Source of the DNA: a phage
Direction: 5' to 3' (one strand)
Sequence record: PZ019086.1
DNA: 64,000 nt
The position numbers were made by a program, and so were the translations under genes. Positions 42,789 through 53,255 of the stretch are shown one piece after another. How positions within the stretch are numbered: position 1 is the stretch's first letter; each line of letters starts with the position of its first letter. The notes under the pieces are model-generated. The model was not told where the DNA came from and did no database searches. It worked only from the letters and a program-made list of their open reading frames with translations.

Positions 42789-44966
42789 TTAGGCCGCAAG
42801 GGCCTTCATAGTTTTAGCGATTTGGGAAACTTCATCATCACTTAAAGAATTGCGATAACCGATGAAGTCGGAAACAATACGGAATTTCTTGGTAAACTCA
42901 GCAACCATTTTATCACTGTTTTTTAAAGCATTACGTGATAATTCATCAAAAAGATTAGTTACGGTCCAGATGTCATGACCGATGGTATCTTTTCCACCAT
43001 TGAAATATACACCCCGCAATGAACTAACCATATTACCAAGGCGAGTATATTCTTCGGAAACTTCATCTGTACTGAAATATTTCATCATAAAATTAAGTTC
43101 AGGATACTTAATAATTTTATCAATATATCGCTGAGCTGAACTTGAATAACCTACATACTTATCATAATCTACATCGTCAAAAGCATCTACATATAAATCA
43201 CGCAGAGTTTCAAAAATACATTGGCACTGACCAAGTTCTTTTACCTTTTTCTGTAAAAGTGGACGAATAACATAAAATTCATTAATGCCAATAAGATTAG
43301 CCATACGGGTCAAAATACTCGTAGATGGATTACAAAGCGATGTAGTACCATCCATAGAGAAAATATCAGAACGATGCATGTATGCTACATAACCAGTAAT
43401 TTCATCCGCTTCTGATGTGAGTGTAAGCAGTTCCTCTTTTTCCCAGCGTCCGTCTTTAATTTCAAACTTAAATGCAGTAGCAGCTTTAGGACGAGGAGCT
43501 GCGCTTTTTACCACCTTTGGAATATAACTTTTAACTAAAGCTTCGATTTCTGACAAATAATGAATGTTAACTTCATCACTTTCAAACATTGCCATAATAT
43601 CAGGGAGTAAATCAATCTGCGATTCTACTTCCGGATTAATAAACAGAAGACGCTCATTGTGATGAATATTTAAGGTGTTATTGAATTCACTATCATCTAA
43701 TGCACGTGCTAATCCACGGACAATATTAACACGATTTTTAATATTATCAATAACAATATTAATTTTTGTCGTATTAATACCAAACAGACGATAGCTTGAT
43801 GCAACGGCTGAAGTTTCATGGCTTTGCTTAATGCGTTTCAGTCGAGGGTCAAGATTTACTTCATACACAACCCCTGCATTGCATAGCTTACTATCTGGTT
43901 CAAACATGCTTTGCATCTTCTTATATGACAGATTTTTAGTCGTGAATTTGACTGAATTACTAATCATATAATCTCGAGCAGAATATCCCATCTTCATCAA
44001 TTCACGGTATGTATGACGAGGAGATGTAGATTCTTTAAATCGTTTTACATCTTCATTGAATGCCTTCTCACTAAGCTCTTTAACACGCTCAATAATATTT
44101 TTACGAGTACGATCATCTAGTGAAAGAGCCTCACGCGATGGAGCAATATCAAGTGAACCCATTGGAAACTTAATATAATTCACTTCATTGCGGATGCTTA
44201 ACCAGTTACGATCTCTAATAACACCTTCGATAGGATAAACAATACCGCCATAGATAGCATACAATCCACCACGATCTGGCCAGTATCTTTCTGGATTTAC
44301 GCCGTAATAGTCATCAAAATCCGGAAAATAATCAATTTCGCGGTCAAGACCATTAATGATAGCCAAATCTTTGAATGGTCGCATGATATAAGAAACTTCA
44401 TAAGCAAAGTTTCTAAAGTCTTTTTCTTCAACTGGAACTACAATTTCAATACCAGTTTTATCATCTGGACCCATTTCTTTTACGAATGTAGGTTTAATCT
44501 GCGGACCATCACCATCCATGTAAGCTACATAACCACGAATTTCGCCTTTATGATATGAAGTAATACTAAATGTATCAGTATAACTAAACGGAGATTTAGA
44601 ACCTAAACCAAATCCACCAATGAAATCGTTAGATTCAGCCTTAGATGAACTAAAGTATGAATTATACAACCCAGGAGAATTATCATCACCTTGAATATCA
44701 AAATCGCTCATACCCGGACCAAAATCTCGGCAAACAAATCGCGGATCTAATCGTCCTGGAACTTGAATAATAAATTTTTCAGGATTTCCATTGAGAGCAT
44801 GGGCATCAATCATGTTGGTAATCAATTCACGGACTACTGCGCGAATCTTGTTTGTATACAAATCAGATGACAGAATTTTGAATACTTTAGGAGATGCTGT
44901 GATGCTAAATGCTTTTGATTTAGAACCATTACCAAGAATTGTTTCTTTTTCAGTGGTGATAATCAT
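42789..44966 (-). CDS. rIIA: rIIA
   Basis: 725 aa; matches T4 rIIA with N-terminal ATPase-like region. Confidence 0.95.
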   Translation of the reverse strand: MIITTEKETILGNGSKSKAFSITASPKVFKILSSDLYTNKIRAVVRELITNMIDAHALNGNPEKFIIQVPGRLDPRFVCRDFGPGMSDFDIQGDDNSPGLYNSYFSSSKAESNDFIGGFGLGSKSPFSYTDTFSITSYHKGEIRGYVAYMDGDGPQIKPTFVKEMGPDDKTGIEIVVPVEEKDFRNFAYEVSYIMRPFKDLAIINGLDREIDYFPDFDDYYGVNPERYWPDRGGLYAIYGGIVYPIEGVIRDRNWLSIRNEVNYIKFPMGSLDIAPSREALSLDDRTRKNIIERVKELSEKAFNEDVKRFKESTSPRHTYRELMKMGYSARDYMISNSVKFTTKNLSYKKMQSMFEPDSKLCNAGVVYEVNLDPRLKRIKQSHETSAVASSYRLFGINTTKINIVIDNIKNRVNIVRGLARALDDSEFNNTLNIHHNERLLFINPEVESQIDLLPDIMAMFESDEVNIHYLSEIEALVKSYIPKVVKSAAPRPKAATAFKFEIKDGRWEKEELLTLTSEADEITGYVAYMHRSDIFSMDGTTSLCNPSTSILTRMANLIGINEFYVIRPLLQKKVKELGQCQCIFETLRDLYVDAFDDVDYDKYVGYSSSAQRYIDKIIKYPELNFMMKYFSTDEVSEEYTRLGNMVSSLRGVYFNGGKDTIGHDIWTVTNLFDELSRNALKNSDKMVAEFTKKFRIVSDFIGYRNSLSDDEVSQIAKTMKALAA
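42791..42805 (-). other. hairpin overlapping rIIA stop, upstream of rIIB
   Basis: plus AGGCC-GCAAG-GGCCT. Confidence 0.45.
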
Positions 44967-44976
44967 AATTTCCTCA

Positions 44977-45180
44977 TTAATTCATATTGCGTTTAATAAC
45001 TTCAGCAACTTCTAGTAGTTCATCTTTAGTTGCAGTGTCGGATTGAATTTTATCTCTAATATCCTTAAAGCGGTTTTTAAACTCTTCGGCTTCTCCCATA
45101 TCGAAAAAGCGTTGAATGATTCTATATTCTCGATGAACTGCTTTATCAAAAAGTTCTAAATTTACTTTATATGATTTCAT
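44977..45180 (-). CDS. hypothetical protein (rIIA.1 position)
   Basis: 67-codon ORF with promoter upstream. Confidence 0.5.
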   Translation of the reverse strand: MKSYKVNLELFDKAVHREYRIIQRFFDMGEAEEFKNRFKDIRDKIQSDTATKDELLEVAEVIKRNMN

Positions 45181-45205
45181 TTCAATATCCTCATTTGCCC
45201 AATTA

Positions 45206-45235
45206 ATTATACCACATCCTTGTGGTAAAGTAAAC
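45206..45235 (-). promoter_or_regulatory. early promoter for the rIIA operon
   Basis: GTTTAC -35 (plus gtaaac 45230-45235), spacer hairpin CCACA-agga-TGTGG, TATAAT -10. Confidence 0.5.
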
Positions 45236-47055
45236 TATTGGCTCATCCATTCTTTACGAAGGTCAGCATTATCTCCCATGAGCATTTCAAAAAGCTCTTT
45301 CCAGTTCTCAGGAAGTTTAACAACATCATATACTGGGTTTTGAATCATCTCACGATATTCAGATTTTTCCAAAGAGCCAAGTCCCTTAATATAACGGATG
45401 CTATGTTTAGGTAGAGCATCTTTGGCACTCTCATATTCAGCGACTGTATAAAACCATTCTTGTTTTTTACCGACCTGAGCGATGATTACAGGAGTTTTGA
45501 CAAAGCGAATTCTTCCTTGTTCAAACAGTTCTGGCCAATTACTAAAAAATCCGAGCAGAGAAGGATAAATGCTTCCTAGACCATCATGGTCAGCATCGGT
45601 CATAATAGCAATATTATGATAATTCAAGTTTTCAGCCTTTTCACCAAGAACTAATCCAGTGATTGCGCAAATATCAAACAGTTCTTTGTTTTTAAGCATA
45701 TCAGCATATGACATACCCCAACTGTTGAGAACTTTACCACGTAATGGATAACCGCCATGAAGTTCTTTATCACGAACATCAATAAGATATCCGATAGCAG
45801 AATCACCCTCAGTCAAGAAAAGAGTAGTGTCAGCGTCTTTACCGCAAAGATTCGCTTTAATATGTTTATGAACCTTAGCTTTAGAAGCCTTTTTAGCTGC
45901 TTTAGTTTCTGCTGCCTTTTCTGCCGCCAATTTACGAGCCAAAGCAGCTTCAATAATTGGCATTAAAATTGCTTCATTATTTAAAATAGCACGTGAAATC
46001 TTTTTAGCATCAAGCTGAATATGACTACGAATTTCACCAAATGGAGAAGTCAAACGCTCTTTAGTCTGAGAATCAAATCGCATGTTTTTCATATCACGAA
46101 CAAACATAACGATAGTCAAACATTCTTTAACCCGTGCTTTAGTTACATCAATTTTGAACTTACGTTTGATTTGTGGAATAAGGTCTTCACAAATATCATC
46201 CATAACGCAGTCAATGTGATGGCCGCCATTCTTAGTATGAATGTTATTAACGTATGTTAATTGACGAAAACCATCCGGTGAACGACCAATCGCAATAGAA
46301 CAATTTTCTTGTTCTTGAACGATAGCATGCTCATCATATTGGCGTGCGTATTTCTTAAAATTGCCCTGAACCTTTTTACCATTAAAGGTAAATTGAATAT
46401 CAGGATAAACTACTGCAAGTGTCTGGAGACGATCTAGCGTAATGTCAAGATAAACTTGAGATAGCTCATTAGTTTCAAATGACATAAAATCAGGAATGAA
46501 AGTAACACGTGTTCCTTTCCATTTTCCAGGAATAGTTTCCCATGATTTATTTTCCATGCCATTTGAACAACGAACTACAATATTATTTTGACCGTCGCCA
46601 GTTTCACCGACAAACGTCACAGAAAAAATGTTAGTTAAACTAGAACCAACACCGTTCATACCACCAGTGACGCGTTCTTTGTCATCACCGAAGTTACCAC
46701 CTGCCTTTGGAATAGTCCAGGCAGCAACAGGACCAGGAATTTCTTCACCAGTAGGTGTTTTAACCATCGCTTGCGGAATACCACGACCGTTATCTTCAAC
46801 TGTTACTTGATTGTTTTTAATGGTAACATTAATTTTATTTGCGAATTTAAACTTAGTACGAATACCTTCATCTACTGAGTTATCGATAATTTCATCAATA
46901 AGCTTAACAAGACCAGGTACATACTGAACACTTTCCCATTTACCAAACAGAAAGCGCTCATGCATTTCATTAGCAGAAGAGCCAATATACATGCCGCTAC
47001 GCTTTTTGATATGTTCAATATCGCTCAGAATTTTAATTTCATTCTTAATCATCAC
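45235..47055 (-). CDS. 39: DNA topoisomerase II large (ATPase) subunit, single fused ORF
   Basis: 606 aa continuous; GyrB-like ATPase and TOPRIM regions in one ORF (T4 splits this into 39 and 60). Confidence 0.95.
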   Translation of the reverse strand: MMIKNEIKILSDIEHIKKRSGMYIGSSANEMHERFLFGKWESVQYVPGLVKLIDEIIDNSVDEGIRTKFKFANKINVTIKNNQVTVEDNGRGIPQAMVKTPTGEEIPGPVAAWTIPKAGGNFGDDKERVTGGMNGVGSSLTNIFSVTFVGETGDGQNNIVVRCSNGMENKSWETIPGKWKGTRVTFIPDFMSFETNELSQVYLDITLDRLQTLAVVYPDIQFTFNGKKVQGNFKKYARQYDEHAIVQEQENCSIAIGRSPDGFRQLTYVNNIHTKNGGHHIDCVMDDICEDLIPQIKRKFKIDVTKARVKECLTIVMFVRDMKNMRFDSQTKERLTSPFGEIRSHIQLDAKKISRAILNNEAILMPIIEAALARKLAAEKAAETKAAKKASKAKVHKHIKANLCGKDADTTLFLTEGDSAIGYLIDVRDKELHGGYPLRGKVLNSWGMSYADMLKNKELFDICAITGLVLGEKAENLNYHNIAIMTDADHDGLGSIYPSLLGFFSNWPELFEQGRIRFVKTPVIIAQVGKKQEWFYTVAEYESAKDALPKHSIRYIKGLGSLEKSEYREMIQNPVYDVVKLPENWKELFEMLMGDNADLRKEWMSQ

Positions 47056-47104
47056 TTATCCTCGTTTGGTTTCGGGAATATTATACTCCGGTAATCATAA
47101 AGCT

Positions 47105-47122
47105 AAAGGCCCGAAGGCCTTT
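47105..47122 (-). other. UUCG-tetraloop hairpin upstream of gene 39
   Basis: plus AAAGGCC-CGAA-GGCCTTT. Confidence 0.5.
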
Positions 47123-47391
47123 TATTTAAAACGGATAGTCGAATCCTTGAAGAATAGACCAGAACATACAGTTCCTTCTACTTTCTGCCCAGTAGGTCCA
47201 ATAGCACGAAATCCAGTATGTTGGAAATCATTTTCAGAGCAACCGAACCAATTGTATCCAGTGATTTCAATATTAGTAAACCCACTTGAAGACAAAACTT
47301 TGGTTGCATTATCAGCATCAGTACATCCTGCTAAAGACACTGCTAATACTAATGCCGCGATAGAACGATTAATATATTTCATAATTTTCAC
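47122..47391 (-). CDS. predicted lipoprotein
   Basis: signal peptide with lipobox L-A-G-C; 89 aa. Confidence 0.5.
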   Translation of the reverse strand: MKIMKYINRSIAALVLAVSLAGCTDADNATKVLSSSGFTNIEITGYNWFGCSENDFQHTGFRAIGPTGQKVEGTVCSGLFFKDSTIRFK

Positions 47392-47759
47392 TCAAATTTA
47401 ATGGCTTGAAGAAGACTAATAATTCTCAAGCGACTTCTTTCATCTTTAACCGTAAATGAAAGAGGGTCACCAGATTTCATAGTAATAGTACATTCAAAAT
47501 CAAAATCTTCGGAAACTTCTTTGAAGAAGTCAAATTCTTCATCATAAATTAAAACATTACTCTGACAACTATGAAGAATTTTTCCATCATTTCCAGATGC
47601 TGTACTAATCATCGTAACATTATTACCTTTCATATCTTCAACGATAAATTCGCTTGTAGATATTACGGCATTAATAGAACCATTCCTATAAATAGAAGAA
47701 AGTAGATATTTCTTTTCTTCACCTTCGCGAATGCGATATTTCTTACCAATTTTAAACAT
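47388..47759 (-). CDS. hypothetical early protein
   Basis: 123-codon ORF. Confidence 0.4.
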   Translation of the reverse strand: MFKIGKKYRIREGEEKKYLLSSIYRNGSINAVISTSEFIVEDMKGNNVTMISTASGNDGKILHSCQSNVLIYDEEFDFFKEVSEDFDFECTITMKSGDPLSFTVKDERSRLRIISLLQAIKFE

Positions 47760-47761
47760 AA

Positions 47762-47938
47762 TTACCCTTTAAGTAAGTCGTAAAAACCACCATTCACATG
47801 CTTAGGAGCGGAAACTAACCGAATAGCAATCCGATGACAATCAGGACATACATCAGTATCCCTTTCAGAAATTTTCTTGATTTTTTCGTATTCTTTTGCA
47901 CAGTCTTTAGATTGACATTTATAATCATAAAGCGGCAT
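47762..47938 (-). CDS. zinc-ribbon small protein (about 58 aa), not in track
   Basis: MPLYDYKCQSKDCAKEYEKIKKISERDTDVCPDCHRIAIRLVSAPKHVNGGFYDLLKG; C-x3-C ... C-P-D-C arrangement. Confidence 0.5.
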   Translation of the reverse strand: MPLYDYKCQSKDCAKEYEKIKKISERDTDVCPDCHRIAIRLVSAPKHVNGGFYDLLKG

Positions 47939-47940
47939 AA

Positions 47941-48360
47941 TTATTCCTTAAAGTGAGCTTTCAACATCTGATACAAAGACCACGCCTGTTCATTATTTTC
48001 AATAGTAACTTTCATGACAGGAAATTCTGTGAAATCTTCTATTTGTTCTTGCTCTTCCTGCTCTTGCTCTTCAGATGCCTGATATGGATTTTCAACTTCA
48101 TCAAAGAACTCAGCTTCGTTAGTAGAAAGCCAGATAAAGTTTTCATCAAGGATATCACCATGTTTTGCATATCCAATTGTGCCAGTAAATGACATAATTT
48201 TAGTAGGACGACCAAGATGGTCAGCATCTAAAATTTTAAAAGGATGCATACCTAAACGGCGTGCATAGATTCCGTTATCAGTATGGTCTTTAATAAAATT
48301 TTCTTGAGCTTGTTTATTTTTAAATTGATACCATTTATTAACTTCAAATTTAATAGCCAT
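47941..48360 (-). CDS. hypothetical acidic protein (goF position)
   Basis: 139 aa with [10 protein letters not shown] run. Confidence 0.4.
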   Translation of the reverse strand: MAIKFEVNKWYQFKNKQAQENFIKDHTDNGIYARRLGMHPFKILDADHLGRPTKIMSFTGTIGYAKHGDILDENFIWLSTNEAEFFDEVENPYQASEEQEQEEQEQIEDFTEFPVMKVTIENNEQAWSLYQMLKAHFKE

Positions 48361-48575
48361 TAATAAATTTCCTTCCAGTAAGTTGTACCGTCTTCAGTGA
48401 TTTCACGGAATACACCGTAAATTGGTTGTTTATCACCAACCTTTTCATACACATAAACCGAAGTCAAGTGAGTAAACTTAACGGTATGTTCCTTTTGAAC
48501 TACTACCAAATCTGGATCGAATAACACATCTTCAAATTCGTCATTAGTGCAGTTCTGAACAATTTTACGTTTCAT
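48360..48575 (-). CDS. hypothetical protein (cef position)
   Basis: 71-codon ORF, same length as T4 Cef. Confidence 0.4.
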   Translation of the reverse strand: MKRKIVQNCTNDEFEDVLFDPDLVVVQKEHTVKFTHLTSVYVYEKVGDKQPIYGVFREITEDGTTYWKEIY

Positions 48576-48749
48576 TACAATTTCCTCATTAATTGAACAT
48601 TGGAGCGATGCGTTTCAGAAGAGTGGCAGCACCTTTGGCAAATTTTCCATTTTATTCTCCAAGTTATTTTCTGTATCAGTAGTTGATATTGATATAGTAC
48701 CATAATCAACTACTGATGTATATAGTTTTATGAAAAAAAAAATTAAACT

Positions 48750-49247
48750 TTATGCACAGCGAGCTTTGCTATAGTGTTTAATCCAACTTTCAGGAATGAC
48801 TTTGTATGTTCCTAAAAATACTGCGTTGTACAACTTAACGCCATCTTCTACCCACTGATCGGTAATGTATGCACACATAGCGCGAGTACGATGTTTTTGA
48901 ACAACCCCTTCTTCGTCTTCGGTAAATTCAAATTCATAAGGAGCGACGAACTTAATAGCTTGACCGAGTTTCCACTTAAAGTCTACACCTACATGCGAAG
49001 TATCAATCGTTTCAATTCCTTTAGCAGGAACAGCTTTCAAAAACGCAGACTCAAGAAATTTCGCACGAACATAGCCAAACTGGGGTTTAGACTTTCCATC
49101 TTTAGGAATGATACGCACTTTTACTTCAGAATCTTCATCTTTAACACCGTGTTTAAGCTGAATGCTTACAATTTCAACCAATTTTCCTGCTGCTTTAGAA
49201 CGGGATTTATCAGATACACGAGCAATTTCACCAATATTAATAATCAT
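48750..49247 (-). CDS. hypothetical protein (motB position), paralog of next ORF
   Basis: 165 aa; C-terminal I-T-D-Q-W-V-E-D-G-V-K-L-Y-N-A-V motif shared with 49324-49866. Confidence 0.45.
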   Translation of the reverse strand: MIINIGEIARVSDKSRSKAAGKLVEIVSIQLKHGVKDEDSEVKVRIIPKDGKSKPQFGYVRAKFLESAFLKAVPAKGIETIDTSHVGVDFKWKLGQAIKFVAPYEFEFTEDEEGVVQKHRTRAMCAYITDQWVEDGVKLYNAVFLGTYKVIPESWIKHYSKARCA

Positions 49248-49323
49248 AGTTATCTCTCACTTGTTAAAAAGATTTTATACTCCGCGGGACCATTATACTC
49301 TGGTCCCAAGAGTTTGTAAACTA

Positions 49324-49866
49324 TTAATTCAAAATAGCTACCACCGCACTACGAGGTACTACACTAAAATCACCTGCATGAACAACGTTCAGAAGTTCAA
49401 CACCATCTTCAATCCACTGGTCTGTTACCCAACCACAGACCGAAATAAATGGGGTCTTAATAGCTACTGCACGAGTTAGAAGGTCGGTAGGGTCTTGTTC
49501 TTCAACTTCTTGGAACAGGATGAACTCTGCTTCATAAACCAGGATTTTCTCTATTTTGTTATTGTCTAAACGACGACCGTGGACAATATAAGATTTAGTA
49601 AACCATTTACTTTTTTCAAAGTCTTCAACAGTAAATTCGCCTTCGCCAAAAACATCAGTCAAAATTTTATGGCCGGAAATCAAGGCATTAGTTTTAATTT
49701 CAGGTTCAACCAGTTTGTAGGTTTTGCCGATTTCAATAGCAGTAGTCATAGTAGGTTCCTTAATTTCCAGTGGTTTAACAGGGCATACATAAGTGCTTAC
49801 AACATCAAAATCAATCAGTTTAGCTACCGGATTTGGTGTGTATTCAGGATTATAATTAAATTTCAT
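49324..49866 (-). CDS. hypothetical protein, paralog of preceding ORF
   Basis: 180 aa; C-terminal V-T-D-Q-W-I-E-D-G-V-E-L-L-N-V-V motif. Confidence 0.45.
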   Translation of the reverse strand: MKFNYNPEYTPNPVAKLIDFDVVSTYVCPVKPLEIKEPTMTTAIEIGKTYKLVEPEIKTNALISGHKILTDVFGEGEFTVEDFEKSKWFTKSYIVHGRRLDNNKIEKILVYEAEFILFQEVEEQDPTDLLTRAVAIKTPFISVCGWVTDQWIEDGVELLNVVHAGDFSVVPRSAVVAILN

Positions 49867-49868
49867 AA

Positions 49869-50408
49869 TTATCTCATTTCAATAAAATCTACAAGTTCAG
49901 CATGGGATTTACGGAACATTACTTGGTGCCCGCCAATGATAACTTCATCTTCAGGAACTTCGTATACAGCGAGATAAAATCCTTTAGAAGATAATTCTTC
50001 CCGCTCTTCTCGTGTGAACCATCTCATCATATCATATTCACTAGCGAAAGCAAAATGATAAAGAGCTATAAACCATCCTGGAATATGATATTCTACTCCA
50101 ACATAATCTTTCTTGAACTTAGTATTAATTACTATATTAGCGTTTTTAACTAATAGTTTATCTTCATGTGGTACAGGAATTCTTTTATTATCATCGCTAT
50201 GATGCATAAAATTAGGTCTACTATAACCTACACGTAATAGCCACTCTTCGCTCCATGAATCTATTATACTCCTGTACGGCGTTATTTGAACACAAAGATT
50301 TCGACGTATTGTTATAGCATCTTCATAATTAAGAATACTAAAAGATGATTCAACACGATAAATTTTCATTTTATTATCCTCAGTAGCTATGGTGTTATAA
50401 TACCACAA
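49869..50408 (-). CDS. hypothetical early protein
   Basis: 179-codon ORF with promoter upstream (gtaaac 50421-50426). Confidence 0.4.
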   Translation of the reverse strand: MWYYNTIATEDNKMKIYRVESSFSILNYEDAITIRRNLCVQITPYRSIIDSWSEEWLLRVGYSRPNFMHHSDDNKRIPVPHEDKLLVKNANIVINTKFKKDYVGVEYHIPGWFIALYHFAFASEYDMMRWFTREEREELSSKGFYLAVYEVPEDEVIIGGHQVMFRKSHAELVDFIEMR

Positions 50409-50432
50409 CTAACCGAGGAAGTAAACAACTTT

Positions 50433-51116
50433 TTATCGTTTTGTTGGAAGAGACAGAGGATCGCACTCTTCCTCTGACGGAGCATCTTCAAGACCCATAG
50501 CATATCGCAAAGCATACTTCATCATCAGAATGTCTTTCGCACAGTCATGAATAGAATCATGTGCAACGAATCCATCTAAAGTTCCCTTTGGAAGAGGACA
50601 CGTGGTCATATCACGAACAAGAAGAAGTGCTTCAATTCTGGTACGAATATCACGCTGATTCCAGAATTTACATGGTTCTAACTTAAATGTATCAAGCTCA
50701 TTCTCAGAAACGCCGTTAAGACGTTGAATATCACGAATGAGATCGACTAAAATTGGAAAATCAAACGACATTCCACGGCACCAGCCTTGAGATTTCCAAG
50801 GATCGATGTTATGTGCATTGATGTAATCATTAAATTTTACAATACCATCGATAGTGCTTACATCTTCATCTGATGGTGCAATATTTTTTCGAGCTTCAGG
50901 AGACTGATTTTTCCACCATTCGATAGTGCTTTTAGTAAAAAGACGATGTCCTTTTTGGCTTTTTAAATCAAACTTGATTTTAATGCCGCGCGAAACTAAT
51001 TCATCAAATGTTTCAACTACTTCTGGATTAGGGTCAAAGGCAATAACAGCCAAATCAATAACAGCTGCCTTTTCACCGCTTCCCATTGTTTCAAAATCTA
51101 TAATAAAATCAAACAT
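50433..51116 (-). CDS. dexA: exonuclease A (DEDDh 3'-5' exonuclease)
   Basis: 227 aa; N-terminal D-F-E-T motif. Confidence 0.9.
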   Translation of the reverse strand: MFDFIIDFETMGSGEKAAVIDLAVIAFDPNPEVVETFDELVSRGIKIKFDLKSQKGHRLFTKSTIEWWKNQSPEARKNIAPSDEDVSTIDGIVKFNDYINAHNIDPWKSQGWCRGMSFDFPILVDLIRDIQRLNGVSENELDTFKLEPCKFWNQRDIRTRIEALLLVRDMTTCPLPKGTLDGFVAHDSIHDCAKDILMMKYALRYAMGLEDAPSEEECDPLSLPTKR

Positions 51117-51391
51117 TAAATTTTCCTCGCTAAATCGCGAATTTGACCTACAGTATAATCTTGGATATAAACTTTATTAATGGGCTCATCAATAAATTTT
51201 GCCATAGATTCAATATCTTTTTGTATCTCTTCAAGACTGTATACTATCTTTGAAGCTTTTTCGCGAATAGTAACATTATCAGGTCCTGGATTTTCCTCAA
51301 TGACAGCTTTAACATTTGCCATAAGAGATTTAAACTGGTGCAAACTTAATTCAATCATTAATAACCGCCTTATAAAGATGGCTAATTTCAC
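51116..51391 (-). CDS. hypothetical protein
   Basis: 91-codon ORF; weak similarity to next ORF. Confidence 0.4.
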   Translation of the reverse strand: MKLAIFIRRLLMIELSLHQFKSLMANVKAVIEENPGPDNVTIREKASKIVYSLEEIQKDIESMAKFIDEPINKVYIQDYTVGQIRDLARKI

Positions 51392-51605
51392 CTAAAACAT
51401 AATCACCGATTGTAACAGTTTTCACTTCACCGCAAAAGAATTCTAACGCAATCAAATCTCGTTCAATTTCTTCCAATTGAAGCATTAACTTTCCTGATTC
51501 AATTTTCACGTTTTTGCGATTTTTACGATTTTTACTATAAGCTATTTCATAAATTTCGCTCACTTTATCTTGAAGTAGATAAAACTGGTCTTTAGTTATT
51601 TCCAC
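51351..51605 (-). CDS. hypothetical protein
   Basis: 84-codon ORF overlapping previous by about 40 nt. Confidence 0.4.
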   Translation of the reverse strand: MEITKDQFYLLQDKVSEIYEIAYSKNRKNRKNVKIESGKLMLQLEEIERDLIALEFFCGEVKTVTIGDYVLGEISHLYKAVIND

Positions 51606-51626
51606 GAATAGCTTCCTCGAATTTAA

Positions 51627-52946
51627 TCATACGTAAAACACATCATAACGACCACGAGTGACACCAACATAAAGAAGCTGTTGAGCTAGTTCAGCGTCTG
51701 CATAATGAATACAAGGCGTATAGATAAAAGCACGATCTACAGACATGCCCTGAGCTTTATGGAATGTTGACGCAGGAAGTGCTTTTACTTTACTAAATTG
51801 TGATTTAGCATCCCAAAAATCACTCCATGGAGCCTTTCCGCCTTTATTCCAATTTTTGTAAGTTTCTGCAGTTTTACCTAAAAATAAGTTAAACTTATAC
51901 AGCTCTTCATCAGATGAAATTATTTTAATCTTTTCACGATAATATTCATCATCGCCGTAAGTTTCTACTGTTAAATCCCAATGACGAATTAGATATTCTC
52001 CAGGAACGCCACGAGCTTTAACAAATGTTGATGTATATTCTGCTTCTATAATACGAACTAATTGTCCGTTATTAAAAATAATTTCTGACACAGGCTTTCC
52101 ATCAATTTTATATGTTTTAATTAACGGTTCCTGCATTACAATAATTTCACCGACAATAAAATCTTTATCAGTTTCAAAAATCTTTTTACGAATAATGCTA
52201 TTTAACTTATCAACAGATTTATTCGTAAATGCCATTACGCGATTTTCAAACAAATCATCTAGTGATTTTACGATTGAAAAATAATTTACCATAAAATCGC
52301 GTAAAGCGGTATCACCAGTAAATCCACGTACTCCATGCCCGTCAACAACTTTATCATAAATCCACTTACCGTTGCGAACATCAGTAGCTACATCAATAAT
52401 AGGAGCATTACTGCGTTTAACTTCGGTGAGTTCACACTGATAAAAATCTTTGTGTGTAAAGAATGGACTGATATAAGCAGTGTTTTCTCCTGGGTCAACA
52501 GGTCTAATTTGCTTATTATCGCCGATTCCAATTATAGTACACCACGGCGGGATAGTTGAAAGCAGAATTTTAAATAGCTTTCTATCATACATTGACACTT
52601 CGTCACAGATTAATACCCTGCATTTAGCTAAATCTGGTACTTCTTTTTGTTCAAAAAGAACGTTTTCTTCATACGTTACTGGGTTAATTTTAAGAATACT
52701 GTGAATAGTACTCGCTTCTTTCCCTGACAGTTTTGAAAGAATCTTTTTAGCTGCATGAGTAGGAGCTGCTAAAATAATTCCAGTTTCGCCCGTAGATATT
52801 AAAGCTTCAATGATGAACTTAGTAAGAGTAGTCTTACCAGTACCAGCAGGTCCATTAATAGTTACATGATGTTTCTTTTCTTTGATAGCCCTCATAACGA
52901 TGTTAAAGGCATTTTTCTGGCCTTCTGTCAAATCATCAAATGTCAT
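51627..52946 (-). CDS. dda: Dda DNA helicase (SF1B)
   Basis: 439 aa; Walker A G-P-A-G-T-G-K-T-T; matches T4 Dda. Confidence 0.95.
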   Translation of the reverse strand: MTFDDLTEGQKNAFNIVMRAIKEKKHHVTINGPAGTGKTTLTKFIIEALISTGETGIILAAPTHAAKKILSKLSGKEASTIHSILKINPVTYEENVLFEQKEVPDLAKCRVLICDEVSMYDRKLFKILLSTIPPWCTIIGIGDNKQIRPVDPGENTAYISPFFTHKDFYQCELTEVKRSNAPIIDVATDVRNGKWIYDKVVDGHGVRGFTGDTALRDFMVNYFSIVKSLDDLFENRVMAFTNKSVDKLNSIIRKKIFETDKDFIVGEIIVMQEPLIKTYKIDGKPVSEIIFNNGQLVRIIEAEYTSTFVKARGVPGEYLIRHWDLTVETYGDDEYYREKIKIISSDEELYKFNLFLGKTAETYKNWNKGGKAPWSDFWDAKSQFSKVKALPASTFHKAQGMSVDRAFIYTPCIHYADAELAQQLLYVGVTRGRYDVFYV

Positions 52947-53254
52947 CGTAAATTCCCTGCAATTGGTATACTAACAATACGCCCAGTATCTAAAATTCGC
53001 CGATATAATCTTTGTGTGTCTACATCAGGCTTAACGTGTTTAACTTCTATTTTATTAAACCAAAACTTGCGTGGAGTCTCAACTAATCTAGGAATTCCCA
53101 TACCTAAAGCTAGTCGATACTGATCTTTAAGAGTTGTAAATACTTTATCAGCAATCTCCCTTTCAAAAAATACAGCAGGGCGATGTTCATCGAGCGGAAC
53201 AGGCACTGCAAATCCATCTTTGTCTCTATACACTATCGCATATACATAAAACAT
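52943..53254 (-). CDS. hypothetical early protein
   Basis: 103-codon ORF. Confidence 0.4.
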   Translation of the reverse strand: MFYVYAIVYRDKDGFAVPVPLDEHRPAVFFEREIADKVFTTLKDQYRLALGMGIPRLVETPRKFWFNKIEVKHVKPDVDTQRLYRRILDTGRIVSIPIAGNLR

Positions 53255-53255
53255 A

